DNA of 64,000 bases from an uncultured Acidimicrobiaceae bacterium (GCA_963701575.1 CAVPAQ010000009.1:14607-78606), one strand, 5' to 3'; shown: positions 19,382-29,414, counted from the first letter of the stretch. Made by a program: numbers and translations. Notes: generated by a model from the sequence alone, not told the origin.

Positions 19382-20469
19382 GACGGGTCCTCGCCGATAT
19401 TGAGCTTCGCCGCGACCCGCGCCCGGAGGCCTTCGGCCAGACCCTGTGCCGGAAGCTGTGACAGCACCTCGTCGAAGAACCCCAACACCACCAGGCGCTC
19501 GGCGATCTCGGGGCGGATGCCGCGGCTCTCGAGATAGAAACGCTGCTCCTCGTCGATCGGCCCGACCGTCGATGCGTGCGAGCACTTCACGTCGTTGGTG
19601 AAGATCTCGAGGTTGGGCACGCTCTCGGCCCAGGCGCCCTCCGACAGCGTGAGGTTGCGGTTGGTCTGGAAAGCGGCAGTGCCGCGGGCGTGCTCTCGGA
19701 TCTTGATGAGCCCGGTGTAGACGCTGGCGGCGTGGTCCTGCACCGCACCCTTGAACAGCAGATCGCTGTGCGTGTGCGGGGCGTCGTGATCCTGAATCGT
19801 GCGGAAGTCGTGCATCTGCGTGCCACCCGCGAAGTACAGGGCTACCTGACGGGTCGATCCGCCCTTGCCGGACAGGCGGGCCTCGGTGCGCACCCGTGCG
19901 TAGTCGCCGCCCAGCGCCACCGAGGCGAGCAGCGTGCTCGAGTCGCGAAAGCCGATCGCCTGCTGGTTGCCGATCGCCCACGCCTGCTCGCTCAACTCGT
20001 TGATCGCGAGGTAGTTGACCCGAGCGGCCTGATCGGCGCGAAGCTGCAACACCGGGACCACCAACGAGGGCCCGTCGGCCGATGACACGAAGCGTTCGAT
20101 CACGGTGACCTGGCTGTTCTCGCCGACCTCGATCACGAGCCGCGGACATACGAGCGAGCCGTCACCATTGATGGTGTGGGTGATCGAGATCGTCTCGTCG
20201 ACGGTCGTGCCGGCCGGCACGACGATGCGAACCTGTGCGCCGGCGGCTCGATTCAGGCCGGCAAAGACGTCGGGCGTCTCGTCGGGGAACAGATCCACCG
20301 TTGTGCCGCCGACTTCGACGAACTGAGAGGGTCCGCTGACCTCGGCCACGTGGGTGGCGGGGCGGTAGGCGGCGAGATCGAGATCGGAAATCCGGCTGTA
20401 CCGCCAGATTTCTTCATCGGGCGTTGGCAACTCGATGGCAGCGAGGTGCTCGAGGTCGAGGACAGGCAT
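19378..20469 (-). CDS. sufD: Fe-S cluster assembly protein SufD
   Basis: EEIWRYS, PNLEI, VKCSHASTVG, FYLESRGI. Confidence 0.9.
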   Translation of the reverse strand: MPVLDLEHLAAIELPTPDEEIWRYSRISDLDLAAYRPATHVAEVSGPSQFVEVGGTTVDLFPDETPDVFAGLNRAAGAQVRIVVPAGTTVDETISITHTINGDGSLVCPRLVIEVGENSQVTVIERFVSSADGPSLVVPVLQLRADQAARVNYLAINELSEQAWAIGNQQAIGFRDSSTLLASVALGGDYARVRTEARLSGKGGSTRQVALYFAGGTQMHDFRTIQDHDAPHTHSDLLFKGAVQDHAASVYTGLIKIREHARGTAAFQTNRNLTLSEGAWAESVPNLEIFTNDVKCSHASTVGPIDEEQRFYLESRGIRPEIAERLVVLGFFDEVLSQLPAQGLAEGLRARVAAKLNIGEDPS

Positions 20470-20477
20470 CGCCGCTG

Positions 20478-20503
20478 AATTCTACTACGCGCGTAGGGGA
20501 AAT
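20478..20503. promoter_or_regulatory. SUF box 2 overlapping the sufD -10 element
   Basis: Minus strand aTTTcccCTAcgcgcgTAGTagAATt; contains the -10 TAGAAT (20484-20479). Confidence 0.65.
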
Positions 20504-20552
20504 GCGCGTGGAAACGGGTGATCCGAGCAGTCGGTTCACGTCAGAGTTCGCG

Positions 20553-20915
20553 TCAGGATCGGCGGCGGCGGCGCAGGAACCCACGCAGTCCGCGTGCGCG
20601 ACGCTCGCGGGTTTGGCGTTCGGCGTCGACCTCGCTCTTGATGCGCTCACCCGCCGAGTTGAGGATGCTCTCGGCCTCGTCGAGCAGGGCGGCCGCCGAA
20701 CCGTCGTCGAGACCGGCCGGCTCGGGCGGCGTCGGGGGAACGATCAACGAGCCGTGGGTCCACGCGACATCGGCCAGGCGACGTTCGAACTTCGGACAGT
20801 TCTCCGGACAGCGCCACGGTGCGTCGGGCGCCAAATCGAGATTGCACTTGCGCACCGTGTCGCCGTTGGGATATGTGCGACTCTCGAAGTTCTTGCACTC
20901 CGTCCGCATCGGCAT
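20553..20915 (-). CDS. Hypothetical protein with four N-terminal Cys
   Basis: Coding-like frame; ECKNF...RKCNL...WRCPENCPK; TAGCGT -10-like hexamer just upstream. Confidence 0.75.
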   Translation of the reverse strand: MPMRTECKNFESRTYPNGDTVRKCNLDLAPDAPWRCPENCPKFERRLADVAWTHGSLIVPPTPPEPAGLDDGSAAALLDEAESILNSAGERIKSEVDAERQTRERRARGLRGFLRRRRRS

Positions 20916-20929
20916 GCCAGAACGCTATC

Positions 20930-21036
20930 CGAGGTCGTGTCGAGCTCACACGTCACTCCGAACCAGGCGAGTGCGGACGCGAGGTCGTGTCCAGCGCACA
21001 CGTCGCGCCGAACCAGGCGACTCCTTCCGCGAGGTC
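20930..21036. repeat. Intergenic 50-bp tandem repeat (2 units plus partial)
   Basis: 20931-20980 vs 20981-21030: 36/40 identical over the first 40 nt; a third cgaggtc at 21030. Confidence 0.85.
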
Positions 21037-23002
21037 AGAGACCGTAGAGGCCGGCGATGTCGGGAAGACCCGCGGTTGCCGCCATCGACTCGGGCGCCAG
21101 GCAGGGATCGGCCACGGGGCCACCCGCCACCCACGGCATGGCGCACGGCCGATCGTCGAATGCCCGCACCTGGCGCGAGATCCAGTCGGCGACGGCCCAT
21201 GACCCCAACAGCGTTTGGTGCACGCCGTCGCTGGAGAACCAGCCGATCGACGGCGCCGTGTACTGATCGAACCGCCAGCGCCGCACATCGGGAAACGCTC
21301 CACTGGCGATCTTCTCGTCGAGAATCCGGTTCATCTCCGCATAGTTCGACTGGGTCCCGCCACTGCTGGGGATGGTGTAGCCGACGTTCGATCGATAGTC
21401 GACCCAGGCGATGTGGTGGAAACCCTTGGCTCGCGCCCGGGCGACGATGACGTCGAAATCGGCCGAGAACCGAGCGCTCCAATCGTTGTAGCCGGTGGCG
21501 ATGACGAGCATGTCCTCCGGCCCGGCCGCAGGAAGCGCGAGGATCTCGTTCGCCGCCGTGAGCGGCGAATAGCCTTCCCTGCCGCGACACGACGGCTGCA
21601 CGATGCGACGACACGATTCGAGGCGTGCCGAAGCGACGAACCCGCGCAGCCCACCGAGTGCACCGTTCCATCGCAGTCCCGCCATGGCGGAATCACCGAT
21701 GATCACGACGTGACGGTCGGCGGGTGGCTCGTTGGTCGCAGCACCGGTCGTCGTCGGCACGGGCGAGCCCGAGAACCAGCCCGTGACGTCGATCACCAGA
21801 TGGGTCGCCTCCAGCGCGAAGGCGGCGATCCCTGCGGTCGATGTCCGAACGATCGACGACGTGGCCACCGTGGCGGTGCCCGAGTCGTAGTTGACGGTCG
21901 ATTCGAGCGGGCGACGGGTGCGCGCCGGGTAGGCCAGCACATATCCGCTGTCCTCGGTGTTGGTGACGGTGAAGTTCGCGGCGACGGCACCGACCGGGCC
22001 GTGCGTGACCCCGGCGATCCGGAACTCGCGGGTGCCGCGATCCCACAGGCGTGGGCCACCTGACGGCGAGGCCTCGGGACGGGTGTCGACCAGCCGGGTG
22101 GGCGTCGTGGCGACGAAGAGGCCCACCGAGGACCGTTTCGCTCCGGGGCCCGAGAAGTAGCCCGTCACATCGACGATCACGTGGTCGCCCGCCTGGGTGT
22201 AGACCTCGAATCCCGATCGAGAGATCGGGATGATCGCCGAGGCGCTGCGCGTCTGGCCTGCGGAGTCGACGTTGAGCACAGAGGCGATGGGCAACCGCTG
22301 GCCCGCCGCATACGCCGCGAGGAATCCGGGCTGGCGGGTCTCGGTGGTGGTGATCGTCACCGCCACGGCGATCGCACCGGATGGAACGTCTGGCCGTACT
22401 CGCACCAGCGAACGCGGGGCAGGGCGGTTGGTCTCGCGAGTGTCGAGCGCACGGTACGCATTGATCGGTATGTACCGTCCGGAGCGGCTCGCGCCGCCAT
22501 CGGCCGGCACGAAATAGCCCGTGACATCGACCACGAAATGCGCCGTGCGCAAGGTGTACACCGATACGTCGCCGCCCTTCCCGACCTGCACGAGCTGCAT
22601 GTTGGCGATGGTCTGGCCCGACGCGTAGTTGAGCGCCGACGCGACGGGCCGCTTGCTCCCCGTCGGGTACATCGTGGCGTAGCCGGGCCGATCGGGCCCG
22701 ATCGCCGTCAGCGTGAGTGCCGCTGCGACCGCACCTTTACCGACACCGCACGTGCCGGCCACCGCCACCACAGCGGTCTTCGTCGCCTGGAGCGCACGAC
22801 CGGGGGACTCACGCGTGTCGAGCAGGCGACAGGGGCGAACCGGGACGAATCGACTCGGCGCCGTCTCGGCGGCGACGGCGGGAGACGGAACGGCGGCCAC
22901 GCTCGCAACGCTGAGCAACATGGACGTGAGCACCACCACCGGCCAACGTCTCGCGGCCGAGCCGGCTGGGCGCGAGGTACCTGTGTTCGTGCTGGAGTCC
23001 AT
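21035..23002 (-). CDS. Secreted protein with three 'RLLDTR...VVDVTGYF' repeats and a C-terminal SGNH hydrolase domain
   Basis: Signal peptide; three ~125-aa repeats; IIGDS, GYND and DGVH SGNH blocks. Confidence 0.8.
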   Translation of the reverse strand: MDSSTNTGTSRPAGSAARRWPVVVLTSMLLSVASVAAVPSPAVAAETAPSRFVPVRPCRLLDTRESPGRALQATKTAVVAVAGTCGVGKGAVAAALTLTAIGPDRPGYATMYPTGSKRPVASALNYASGQTIANMQLVQVGKGGDVSVYTLRTAHFVVDVTGYFVPADGGASRSGRYIPINAYRALDTRETNRPAPRSLVRVRPDVPSGAIAVAVTITTTETRQPGFLAAYAAGQRLPIASVLNVDSAGQTRSASAIIPISRSGFEVYTQAGDHVIVDVTGYFSGPGAKRSSVGLFVATTPTRLVDTRPEASPSGGPRLWDRGTREFRIAGVTHGPVGAVAANFTVTNTEDSGYVLAYPARTRRPLESTVNYDSGTATVATSSIVRTSTAGIAAFALEATHLVIDVTGWFSGSPVPTTTGAATNEPPADRHVVIIGDSAMAGLRWNGALGGLRGFVASARLESCRRIVQPSCRGREGYSPLTAANEILALPAAGPEDMLVIATGYNDWSARFSADFDVIVARARAKGFHHIAWVDYRSNVGYTIPSSGGTQSNYAEMNRILDEKIASGAFPDVRRWRFDQYTAPSIGWFSSDGVHQTLLGSWAVADWISRQVRAFDDRPCAMPWVAGGPVADPCLAPESMAATAGLPDIAGLYGL

Positions 23003-23106
23003 GCGGTGTCTTCTCGGCTCGATCCGGCCGCCGGTCGAGCAACGACCGACGGCCGCTACAAGGTACGCGTGAACGAACGACTACGCAACGTGGGCATCGA
23101 GCGGCG

Positions 23107-24507
23107 TCAGCCGACCGAGCCCTCCATCTGGAGTTCGATCAGACGGCTCCACTCGACGGCGTACTCCATCGGCAACGTCTTGGTGATCGGCTCGATGAAG
23201 CCATTGACGATCATGCCCATCGCCTGCTCCTCGGACAGACCGCGGCTCATGAGGTAGAACAGCTGCTCGTCGGCGATCTTCGACACGGTCGCCTCGTGGC
23301 CGATCTGGGCGTCACGTTCGCCGACCTCCATGTACGGCAGCGTCTTCGACACCGAATCCTCGTCGAGGATCAGCGCATCGCACTGGACATGACTCTTGCA
23401 GCCGTAGGCACCCTCGTCGACACGGACCAGGCCGCGGTAGGTCGTGATCCCGCCGTCCTTGCTGATCGACTTGGACACGATCTTCGACGACGTGTTGGGC
23501 GCCGCATGCACCATCTTGGCGCCGGCATCTTGATGCTGGCCCTTGCCGGCGTAGGCGACGGAGAGCACCTCCCCGGTGGCCCCTTCGCCCACGAGATAGA
23601 CCGAGGGGTACTTCATGGTGAGCTTCGAGCCGATGTTGCCGTCGATCCACTCCATGTGACCGTGCGCTTCGACGCGAGCACGCTTGGTGACGAGGTTGTA
23701 CACGTTGGGCGACCAGTTCTGGATCGTCGTGTAGGTGACCCGGGCATGTGGCTTGACGACGATCTCGACGACCGCCGAATGCAGCGAATCGCTCGTGTAG
23801 ACCGGCGCCGAGCACCCTTCGATGTAATGCACCTGCGAGCCCTCGTCGGCGATGATCAGCGTCCGCTCGAACTGGCCGGCGTTCTCGGCGTTGATCCGGA
23901 AGTAGGCCTGCAGCGGCATCTCGCACTCGACACCCGGGGGCACGTAGATGAACGAGCCACCCGACCACACCGACGTGTTGAGCGCCGCGAACTTGTTGTC
24001 GCCGGGCGGGATGATCGTGCCGAAGTACTGCTTGACCAGGTCGGGGTACTCGCGTAGGGCGGTGTCCATGTCGCAGAACAGGATCCCCTGCTCGGCGAGG
24101 TCTTCTCGATTCTTGTGGTAGACGACCTCGGACTCGTACTGCGCCGTGACACCCGAGAGATACTGCCGTTCGGCCTCGGGGATGCCGAGCTTCTCATAGG
24201 TGCGCATCATCTCTTCGGGGAGCTGGTCCCACTCGTCGACCTGCTCGCCCTTGGGTCGCAGGTAGTAGTAGATGTCCTGGAAGTCGATGTCGGGCATGTT
24301 GACCGCGAACCACTCGGCCATCGGCTTCTTCTCGAACAATCGCAGGCTGCGCTGACGCATCTGGGTCATCCAGCGGGGCTCACCCTTCCACCACGAGATC
24401 TGATCGACGACGCCGGAGTCGATCCCCTTCGCGGGGGTGAAGGCGTACTCGACTTCATCGCTCCATCCGAGGTCGTACTTGGAGAGGTCGAGATCGAACG
24501 ACGTCAT
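23107..24507 (-). CDS. sufB: Fe-S cluster assembly protein SufB
   Basis: [40 protein letters not shown]; ATG 24507 preceded by AGGAG; no intein. Confidence 0.96.
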   Translation of the reverse strand: MTSFDLDLSKYDLGWSDEVEYAFTPAKGIDSGVVDQISWWKGEPRWMTQMRQRSLRLFEKKPMAEWFAVNMPDIDFQDIYYYLRPKGEQVDEWDQLPEEMMRTYEKLGIPEAERQYLSGVTAQYESEVVYHKNREDLAEQGILFCDMDTALREYPDLVKQYFGTIIPPGDNKFAALNTSVWSGGSFIYVPPGVECEMPLQAYFRINAENAGQFERTLIIADEGSQVHYIEGCSAPVYTSDSLHSAVVEIVVKPHARVTYTTIQNWSPNVYNLVTKRARVEAHGHMEWIDGNIGSKLTMKYPSVYLVGEGATGEVLSVAYAGKGQHQDAGAKMVHAAPNTSSKIVSKSISKDGGITTYRGLVRVDEGAYGCKSHVQCDALILDEDSVSKTLPYMEVGERDAQIGHEATVSKIADEQLFYLMSRGLSEEQAMGMIVNGFIEPITKTLPMEYAVEWSRLIELQMEGSVG

Positions 24508-24543
24508 GTCAGCTCCTGATCGGGTCGCAGTGCCGGGCCGGGT

Positions 24544-24569
24544 ATTTGCACTACCGCCATAGTAACAAT
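24544..24569. promoter_or_regulatory. SUF box 3 overlapping the sufB -10 element
   Basis: aTTTgcaCTAccgccaTAGTaacAAT; minus-strand -10 TACTAT at 24564-24559 lies inside it. Confidence 0.65.
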
Positions 24570-24660
24570 TGTGATGATCCTTCACTCGCCCGGCGCCGAG
24601 ATCGGAGCAACATCGCCGCCACCGGCGTGACCGCCAGTGGTCGGCATCACCGACATCGGA

Positions 24661-24930
24661 TCAGGCGGCGACTTCCGCGTCGAGGGCCACGGGTTGGTCG
24701 ATCTCGATGAAGATGCACTCGCCGGGACACACCTCGGCGGCCTTGATCACCTCGTGCACATGCCGGCTGGGCACCCAGGCGAGGCTCCCGGAACTCCCCG
24801 GGTCGTTGAGCGGGCGCCCATCTTCGGCCACGTACGCGATGCCGTCCTCGAGCTGCACGAACACGTCCGGACAGTGATCGACGCAGAGGCCGTCGCCGGT
24901 ACAGAGGTCCTGGTCGATCCACACGCGCAT
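24661..24930 (-). CDS. Ferredoxin (single cluster, 3Fe-4S/4Fe-4S type)
   Basis: MRVWIDQDLCTGDGLCVDHCP...CPGECI (CxxDxxC...C). Confidence 0.9.
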   Translation of the reverse strand: MRVWIDQDLCTGDGLCVDHCPDVFVQLEDGIAYVAEDGRPLNDPGSSGSLAWVPSRHVHEVIKAAEVCPGECIFIEIDQPVALDAEVAA

Positions 24931-24964
24931 GGTGACGGCCAAGTTACCGCCTACATTGCCGGAC

Positions 24965-26983
24965 GTGCCTGAGCCAGCTGCCAAGAAAGTTCCCCACACC
25001 TGGACGCGACCGACGGGGCCGGTCGACGACCCGTTCGCCTGGTTGCGCAATCGGGACGACCCCGACACGATCTCCTATCTCGAAGCGGAGAACGCCGCCA
25101 GCACCGCCTGGTTCGACGAGCACCGCGACCTGGTCGACGAGCTCTTCGCGGAAATCAAATCGCGGGTGCAAGAGACCGACATCGCGGCGCCGGTACCGGT
25201 CGACGACTGGTATTACTCGAGCCGGACGGTCGAGGGCCAGTCGTACCCGATCTCGTGCCGCGGCCGGTCAGCCGAGACCGCTACCGAAGAAGTGGTGCTC
25301 GATCAGAACATCGAGGCGGCGGGCCTCGAGTTCTTCGACGTCGGCGCGTTCGAGGTCAGCCCCGACCACCGGCTGGTCGCGTGGTCGGCCGACACCAGCG
25401 GCGACGAGCACTACACGCTGCGAGTACGCGACATCGCTCATCAATACGACCTCGATGACGAGCTACACGACACCACGTGGGCGGGTGTCGCTTGGTCGAG
25501 CGATGGGACTCATCTGTTCTATGTCGAGGCGGACGACCAGGAGCGTCCGTATCGGGTGATGCGCCACCGGGTCGGCACACCACAATCCGACGACGCAGAG
25601 GTGTTCGTCGACCACGACGAGCGCTTCTTCGTGGGGGTCGGCACGACCCGCAGCCGCGAATGGATCGTCATCCAATCGGGGAGCAAGCAGACCACCGAGT
25701 GCTGGTTGATCACCGCCGGCGACCCGCAGTCCGAGCCCTCGCTCGTACGACCGCGAGTGGACGACCTCGAATACCACCTCGATCACTGGGGTGATCGCTT
25801 CGTCATCCTCACCAATCACGATGCGGTCGACTTCCGCGTCATGGAAGCGCCACTCGACGATCCGGGCGAGTGGACGGAGCTCGTCCCCCATGAGGCCGGA
25901 CGTCGGATCACCAATATCGAGCCGTTCGCCGACCACCTCGCGCTCCACGAGTGGAACCATGCGCAACCGGCAGTCCGGATCATCCGGCGTGACCGATCCA
26001 CCTCGATGCTCGACATCGACACCGAGCCTCACAACGTGGAGTTCGGCCCGAACGAGCAGTGGGACACCAACGTGATCCGCCTGGTCCACCAATCGCTCAC
26101 AGCGCCGACGCGCGTGATCGACGTCGACGTCGTGTCGGGTGCGATCACCGTGGTGAAGCAGACACCGACACCGAACGTCGACCTCGATCGTTACGTCGCC
26201 GAGCGGATCTGGGCGACCGCCCCGGACGGGACACAGGTACCCGTCGATGTCGCACGCCACGTCGACACACCGGTCGACGGCACGGCGCCGTGCTGTGTCT
26301 ACGGCTACGGCTCCTACGAGATCTCGATGCCACCATGGTTCTCGGTCGCTCGTCTGTCGCTGCTCGATCGCGGTGTCGTCTGGGCACTCGTCCACCCCCG
26401 CGGCGGCGGCGAGCTCGGCCGGCAGTGGTACGTCGACGGCAAACTCCTCAACAAGCGCAATACGTTCACCGACACCCTGGCGTCGTGCGAACACCTCGCG
26501 ACAGCCGGTTTCGCCGATCGCGACCGCGTCGCCATCCGCGGCGGCAGCGCCGGCGGGCTGCTCGTCGGAGCGTGCATCACGATCGAGCCCGACCGATTCC
26601 GTACGGCCGTGGCCGAGGTGCCCTTCGTCGACGTCACGACCACGATGAGCGATCCGACGTTACCCCTCACGGTCACGGAGTGGGAGGAATGGGGCGATCC
26701 CCGACAGGAACCGTTCGCTTCGTACATCGAGAGCTACTCGCCCTACGACAACACCCGCGCGACCGACTACCCGGCACTGTTCATCACAGCCGGTTTGAAT
26801 GATCCGCGAGTCAGTTTCCACGAGCCGGCGAAATGGATGGCCAAGCTGCGCGACGTGCGCACCAACGACCAGCCGCTCCTGCTGCGCACCGAGATGGGCG
26901 CCGGCCACGCGGGCCCGAGTGGTCGCTACGACGCCTGGCGCGAGGAGGCGCGCGTGTTGGCGTTCCTGCTTCGCACGCTCTGA
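24965..26983 (+). CDS. ptrB: Oligopeptidase B (S9A)
   Basis: DPFAWL, YGYGSYE, RGGGELG, GGSAGG (Ser), NDPRV, MGAGH; TACATT -10 seven nt before GTG. Confidence 0.93.
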   Translation: MPEPAAKKVPHTWTRPTGPVDDPFAWLRNRDDPDTISYLEAENAASTAWFDEHRDLVDELFAEIKSRVQETDIAAPVPVDDWYYSSRTVEGQSYPISCRGRSAETATEEVVLDQNIEAAGLEFFDVGAFEVSPDHRLVAWSADTSGDEHYTLRVRDIAHQYDLDDELHDTTWAGVAWSSDGTHLFYVEADDQERPYRVMRHRVGTPQSDDAEVFVDHDERFFVGVGTTRSREWIVIQSGSKQTTECWLITAGDPQSEPSLVRPRVDDLEYHLDHWGDRFVILTNHDAVDFRVMEAPLDDPGEWTELVPHEAGRRITNIEPFADHLALHEWNHAQPAVRIIRRDRSTSMLDIDTEPHNVEFGPNEQWDTNVIRLVHQSLTAPTRVIDVDVVSGAITVVKQTPTPNVDLDRYVAERIWATAPDGTQVPVDVARHVDTPVDGTAPCCVYGYGSYEISMPPWFSVARLSLLDRGVVWALVHPRGGGELGRQWYVDGKLLNKRNTFTDTLASCEHLATAGFADRDRVAIRGGSAGGLLVGACITIEPDRFRTAVAEVPFVDVTTTMSDPTLPLTVTEWEEWGDPRQEPFASYIESYSPYDNTRATDYPALFITAGLNDPRVSFHEPAKWMAKLRDVRTNDQPLLLRTEMGAGHAGPSGRYDAWREEARVLAFLLRTL

Positions 26984-27019
26984 GACCGGATCGGTTGCAC
27001 CATCGGTCCGACAGCACCG

Positions 27020-27400
27020 TCAATCCAGCAACGTCAGCAGGGCAAGCACCAACAGGGCTGCGTTGCGCACGAGGTGGCCCGGGCCGATCGGCTTGGCCGA
27101 CCATGCGCCGAAGCACGCGCACACGGGATGCCGACCCTGTGACAGCCGACGGGCGATCAGCAAGGTGAACGCGAGGAGCAGTGCGATCGCGAACAGGGCG
27201 GGGATCGGTTCGACCAGACCAGCGATCAGCGCTGCTCCCACGGCCATCTCGACCCATGGCAAGACCGGGGCGGCCACCGATGGAGCGCCGAGGTCGCGCA
27301 CATGCTGTGGCCATGCCGGGCCGGCAGCGATCTTCGAGCCGCCGGCTATCACGAACGCGAGGCCGAGCACGACCGCTGCCACGAGCGCGAGCGAGCTCAC
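27020..27400 (-). CDS. MauE/DoxX-family membrane protein
   Basis: Four hydrophobic segments, CACFG, HLVRN. Confidence 0.85.
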   Translation of the reverse strand: MSSLALVAAVVLGLAFVIAGGSKIAAGPAWPQHVRDLGAPSVAAPVLPWVEMAVGAALIAGLVEPIPALFAIALLLAFTLLIARRLSQGRHPVCACFGAWSAKPIGPGHLVRNAALLVLALLTLLD

Positions 27401-28275
27401 CGGCCCGTGTGGAGCGTCAGCCCTTCGCGGGCACCGATCACCCTGAGCCGATCGCCGGTCGAGGCATCCGCATCGGCCACCAGCCGATCGAGTTCCTCGT
27501 CACCGTGCAGGGGATCATGGTGATAGAGCACGAGTGTGCCGACACCACACTCGAGCGCGAGCCACACCGCGTAGTCGATGGTGCAGTGGCCCCATGACGC
27601 CTTCTGCTCGAACTCCGGACGCGTGTACTGCGCGTCGTGGATCAGCACGTCGACGTCCCGGCACAGCTCGCGGGCGTTGTCGGTCGCGTCGTACCGGTCG
27701 ATGCCGGGCTGCTGATGATCGCTGAGATAGGCGACGGAACCATCGCCCCACGACACGCGGTAGCCCAGAGTGTTGCCGAGATGCGGGATCAGACGTGACA
27801 TGACATGCACTTCGCCGATCTCGAATTCCTCGTCACCGTGTTCGCAGAACTGCACCTCGCCCGGCAGATCGTCGATGCGTACCGGGAACAGCGGCGGACA
27901 GAGCATGCTGTTGACGACCGCTTCCACCGATGACCCGTCCTCCAGTAGCGGAGCGTGCATCGTGAGCCGGCCATTGGATCGAAGCAACGGTGTGAAGAAC
28001 GGCAGCCCCTGGATGTGGTCCCAATGCAGGTGGCTGAGCAGGCACACCCCATCGAAGGGCTGTTCGGCCGACCACCCGACTCCGAAGTAGCGGGCGCCAG
28101 TCCCGATGTCGAACATGATCGGCTGATGGCCAGGAACAGCGACCGACACGCACGATGTGTTCCCGCCGTAGCGCGCAATATCGGGCCCATGGCACGGCGT
28201 CGAGCCGCGCACGCCGTGAAACGTGATGTCGAATCCCTGCCCCGCGATGGCGAAGAACCTAGCCGCCGACCCCAA
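27397..28275 (-). CDS. MBL-fold metallo-hydrolase
   Basis: GVRGSTP, YGGNTSC, SHLHWDHIQG, HDAQY, WGH, HHDP. Confidence 0.88.
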   Translation of the reverse strand: MGSAARFFAIAGQGFDITFHGVRGSTPCHGPDIARYGGNTSCVSVAVPGHQPIMFDIGTGARYFGVGWSAEQPFDGVCLLSHLHWDHIQGLPFFTPLLRSNGRLTMHAPLLEDGSSVEAVVNSMLCPPLFPVRIDDLPGEVQFCEHGDEEFEIGEVHVMSRLIPHLGNTLGYRVSWGDGSVAYLSDHQQPGIDRYDATDNARELCRDVDVLIHDAQYTRPEFEQKASWGHCTIDYAVWLALECGVGTLVLYHHDPLHGDEELDRLVADADASTGDRLRVIGAREGLTLHTGR

Positions 28276-28331
28276 CGGCGGGAAATCTCATGGGCGTGCC
28301 TGGTGTCACACGACCGACGGCACGTCGACGG

Positions 28332-29414
28332 TCACCGCGCCAGCAAACGAATCGAGTCGCTCGGCAGCTCGATCCCGATCGCGGTACCCGGCGCCGGGAT
28401 CCAGGACGCTCCGTCGTTGGACAGCACCGCCTGCATCTCCTGGGCGCCGACGTGCACGCGCACGTGGGTGGTCGAACCGACGAACGCCACGTCGCCGACG
28501 ACTCCATCGACGAGACCTTGCCCCGCCGAGACGATCTTGAGGCGTTCGGGGCGGGCGAACACCGTGCAGTCACCGCGTACGTCACCGGTCTCGGCAGTGA
28601 TCTGTCGACCGAGCACCTCGATCGTGCCGGTTTGCACGACGCCTGCCGGAAGCAGGTTCGCCAATCCGAGGAAGTCGGCCACGTAGGTGGACTCCGGTGC
28701 GTCGTAGACGTCCTGGGGCAGGCCGACCTGTTCGATCTCGCCCTCTCTCATCACCGCCAGCCTGTCGCTCATCGTGAGTGCTTCCTCTTGATCGTGCGTC
28801 ACGTAGACGAACGTGATGCCGACCTCGCGATGCAGTTCTTTGAGTTCGAACTGCAGGGCGCGGCGCAGCTTCGCATCGAGGGCTCCGAGCGGCTCGTCGA
28901 GCAGCAACACCCGGGGGCGGAGCACGAGCGCGCGGGCGAGTGCAACCCGCTGTTGCTGACCGCCGGACAGTTGATGCGGCTTGCGGCGGGCGAAGTCGGC
29001 CAGGCGGACGAGCTCGAGCGCCTCGCCGACACGGCTGCGCCGTTCATCCTTGGTGCAATCCTGGAAGCGGAGACCGAAGCCGACGTTGTCGGCAACGGTC
29101 ATGTGCGGGAACAGTGCGTAGCTCTGGAAGACGGTGTTGACGGGCCGCTTCTCGGGAGCGACGCCGGCGATGTCGACGCCGTCGATCAGGACGGCACCCG
29201 ACTCGTTCTCCTCGAACCCGCCGATCAGTCGAAGCGTCGTGGTCTTGCCGCACCCCGATGGCCCGAGCAGCGAGAAGAACTCGCCGGACTCGATGGTGAG
29301 ATCGATCCCCTTGAGGACGAGCTGGGTGCCGTACGACTTCATCAGCGACACGAGCTCGATCCGACCACCGCCGGAGGGGGCACTCGCGGACGTTGCTGTT
29401 GCCGTGCTCGACAT
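28332..29414 (-). CDS. PotA-like polyamine ABC transporter ATP-binding subunit
   Basis: GPSGCGKT, VFQSYALFPH, LSGGQQQR, LLDEP, TOBE-like tail. Confidence 0.92.
   Translation of the reverse strand: MSSTATATSASAPSGGGRIELVSLMKSYGTQLVLKGIDLTIESGEFFSLLGPSGCGKTTTLRLIGGFEENESGAVLIDGVDIAGVAPEKRPVNTVFQSYALFPHMTVADNVGFGLRFQDCTKDERRSRVGEALELVRLADFARRKPHQLSGGQQQRVALARALVLRPRVLLLDEPLGALDAKLRRALQFELKELHREVGITFVYVTHDQEEALTMSDRLAVMREGEIEQVGLPQDVYDAPESTYVADFLGLANLLPAGVVQTGTIEVLGRQITAETGDVRGDCTVFARPERLKIVSAGQGLVDGVVGDVAFVGSTTHVRVHVGAQEMQAVLSNDGASWIPAPGTAIGIELPSDSIRLLAR

Noticed and set aside
20930-21036. Possible mini-CRISPR array
   Set aside because: Only two units, 10-nt variable part, no cas genes or leader.
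23107-24507. Intein in SufB, as in M. tuberculosis
   Set aside because: 466-aa protein is normal length with no insertion.
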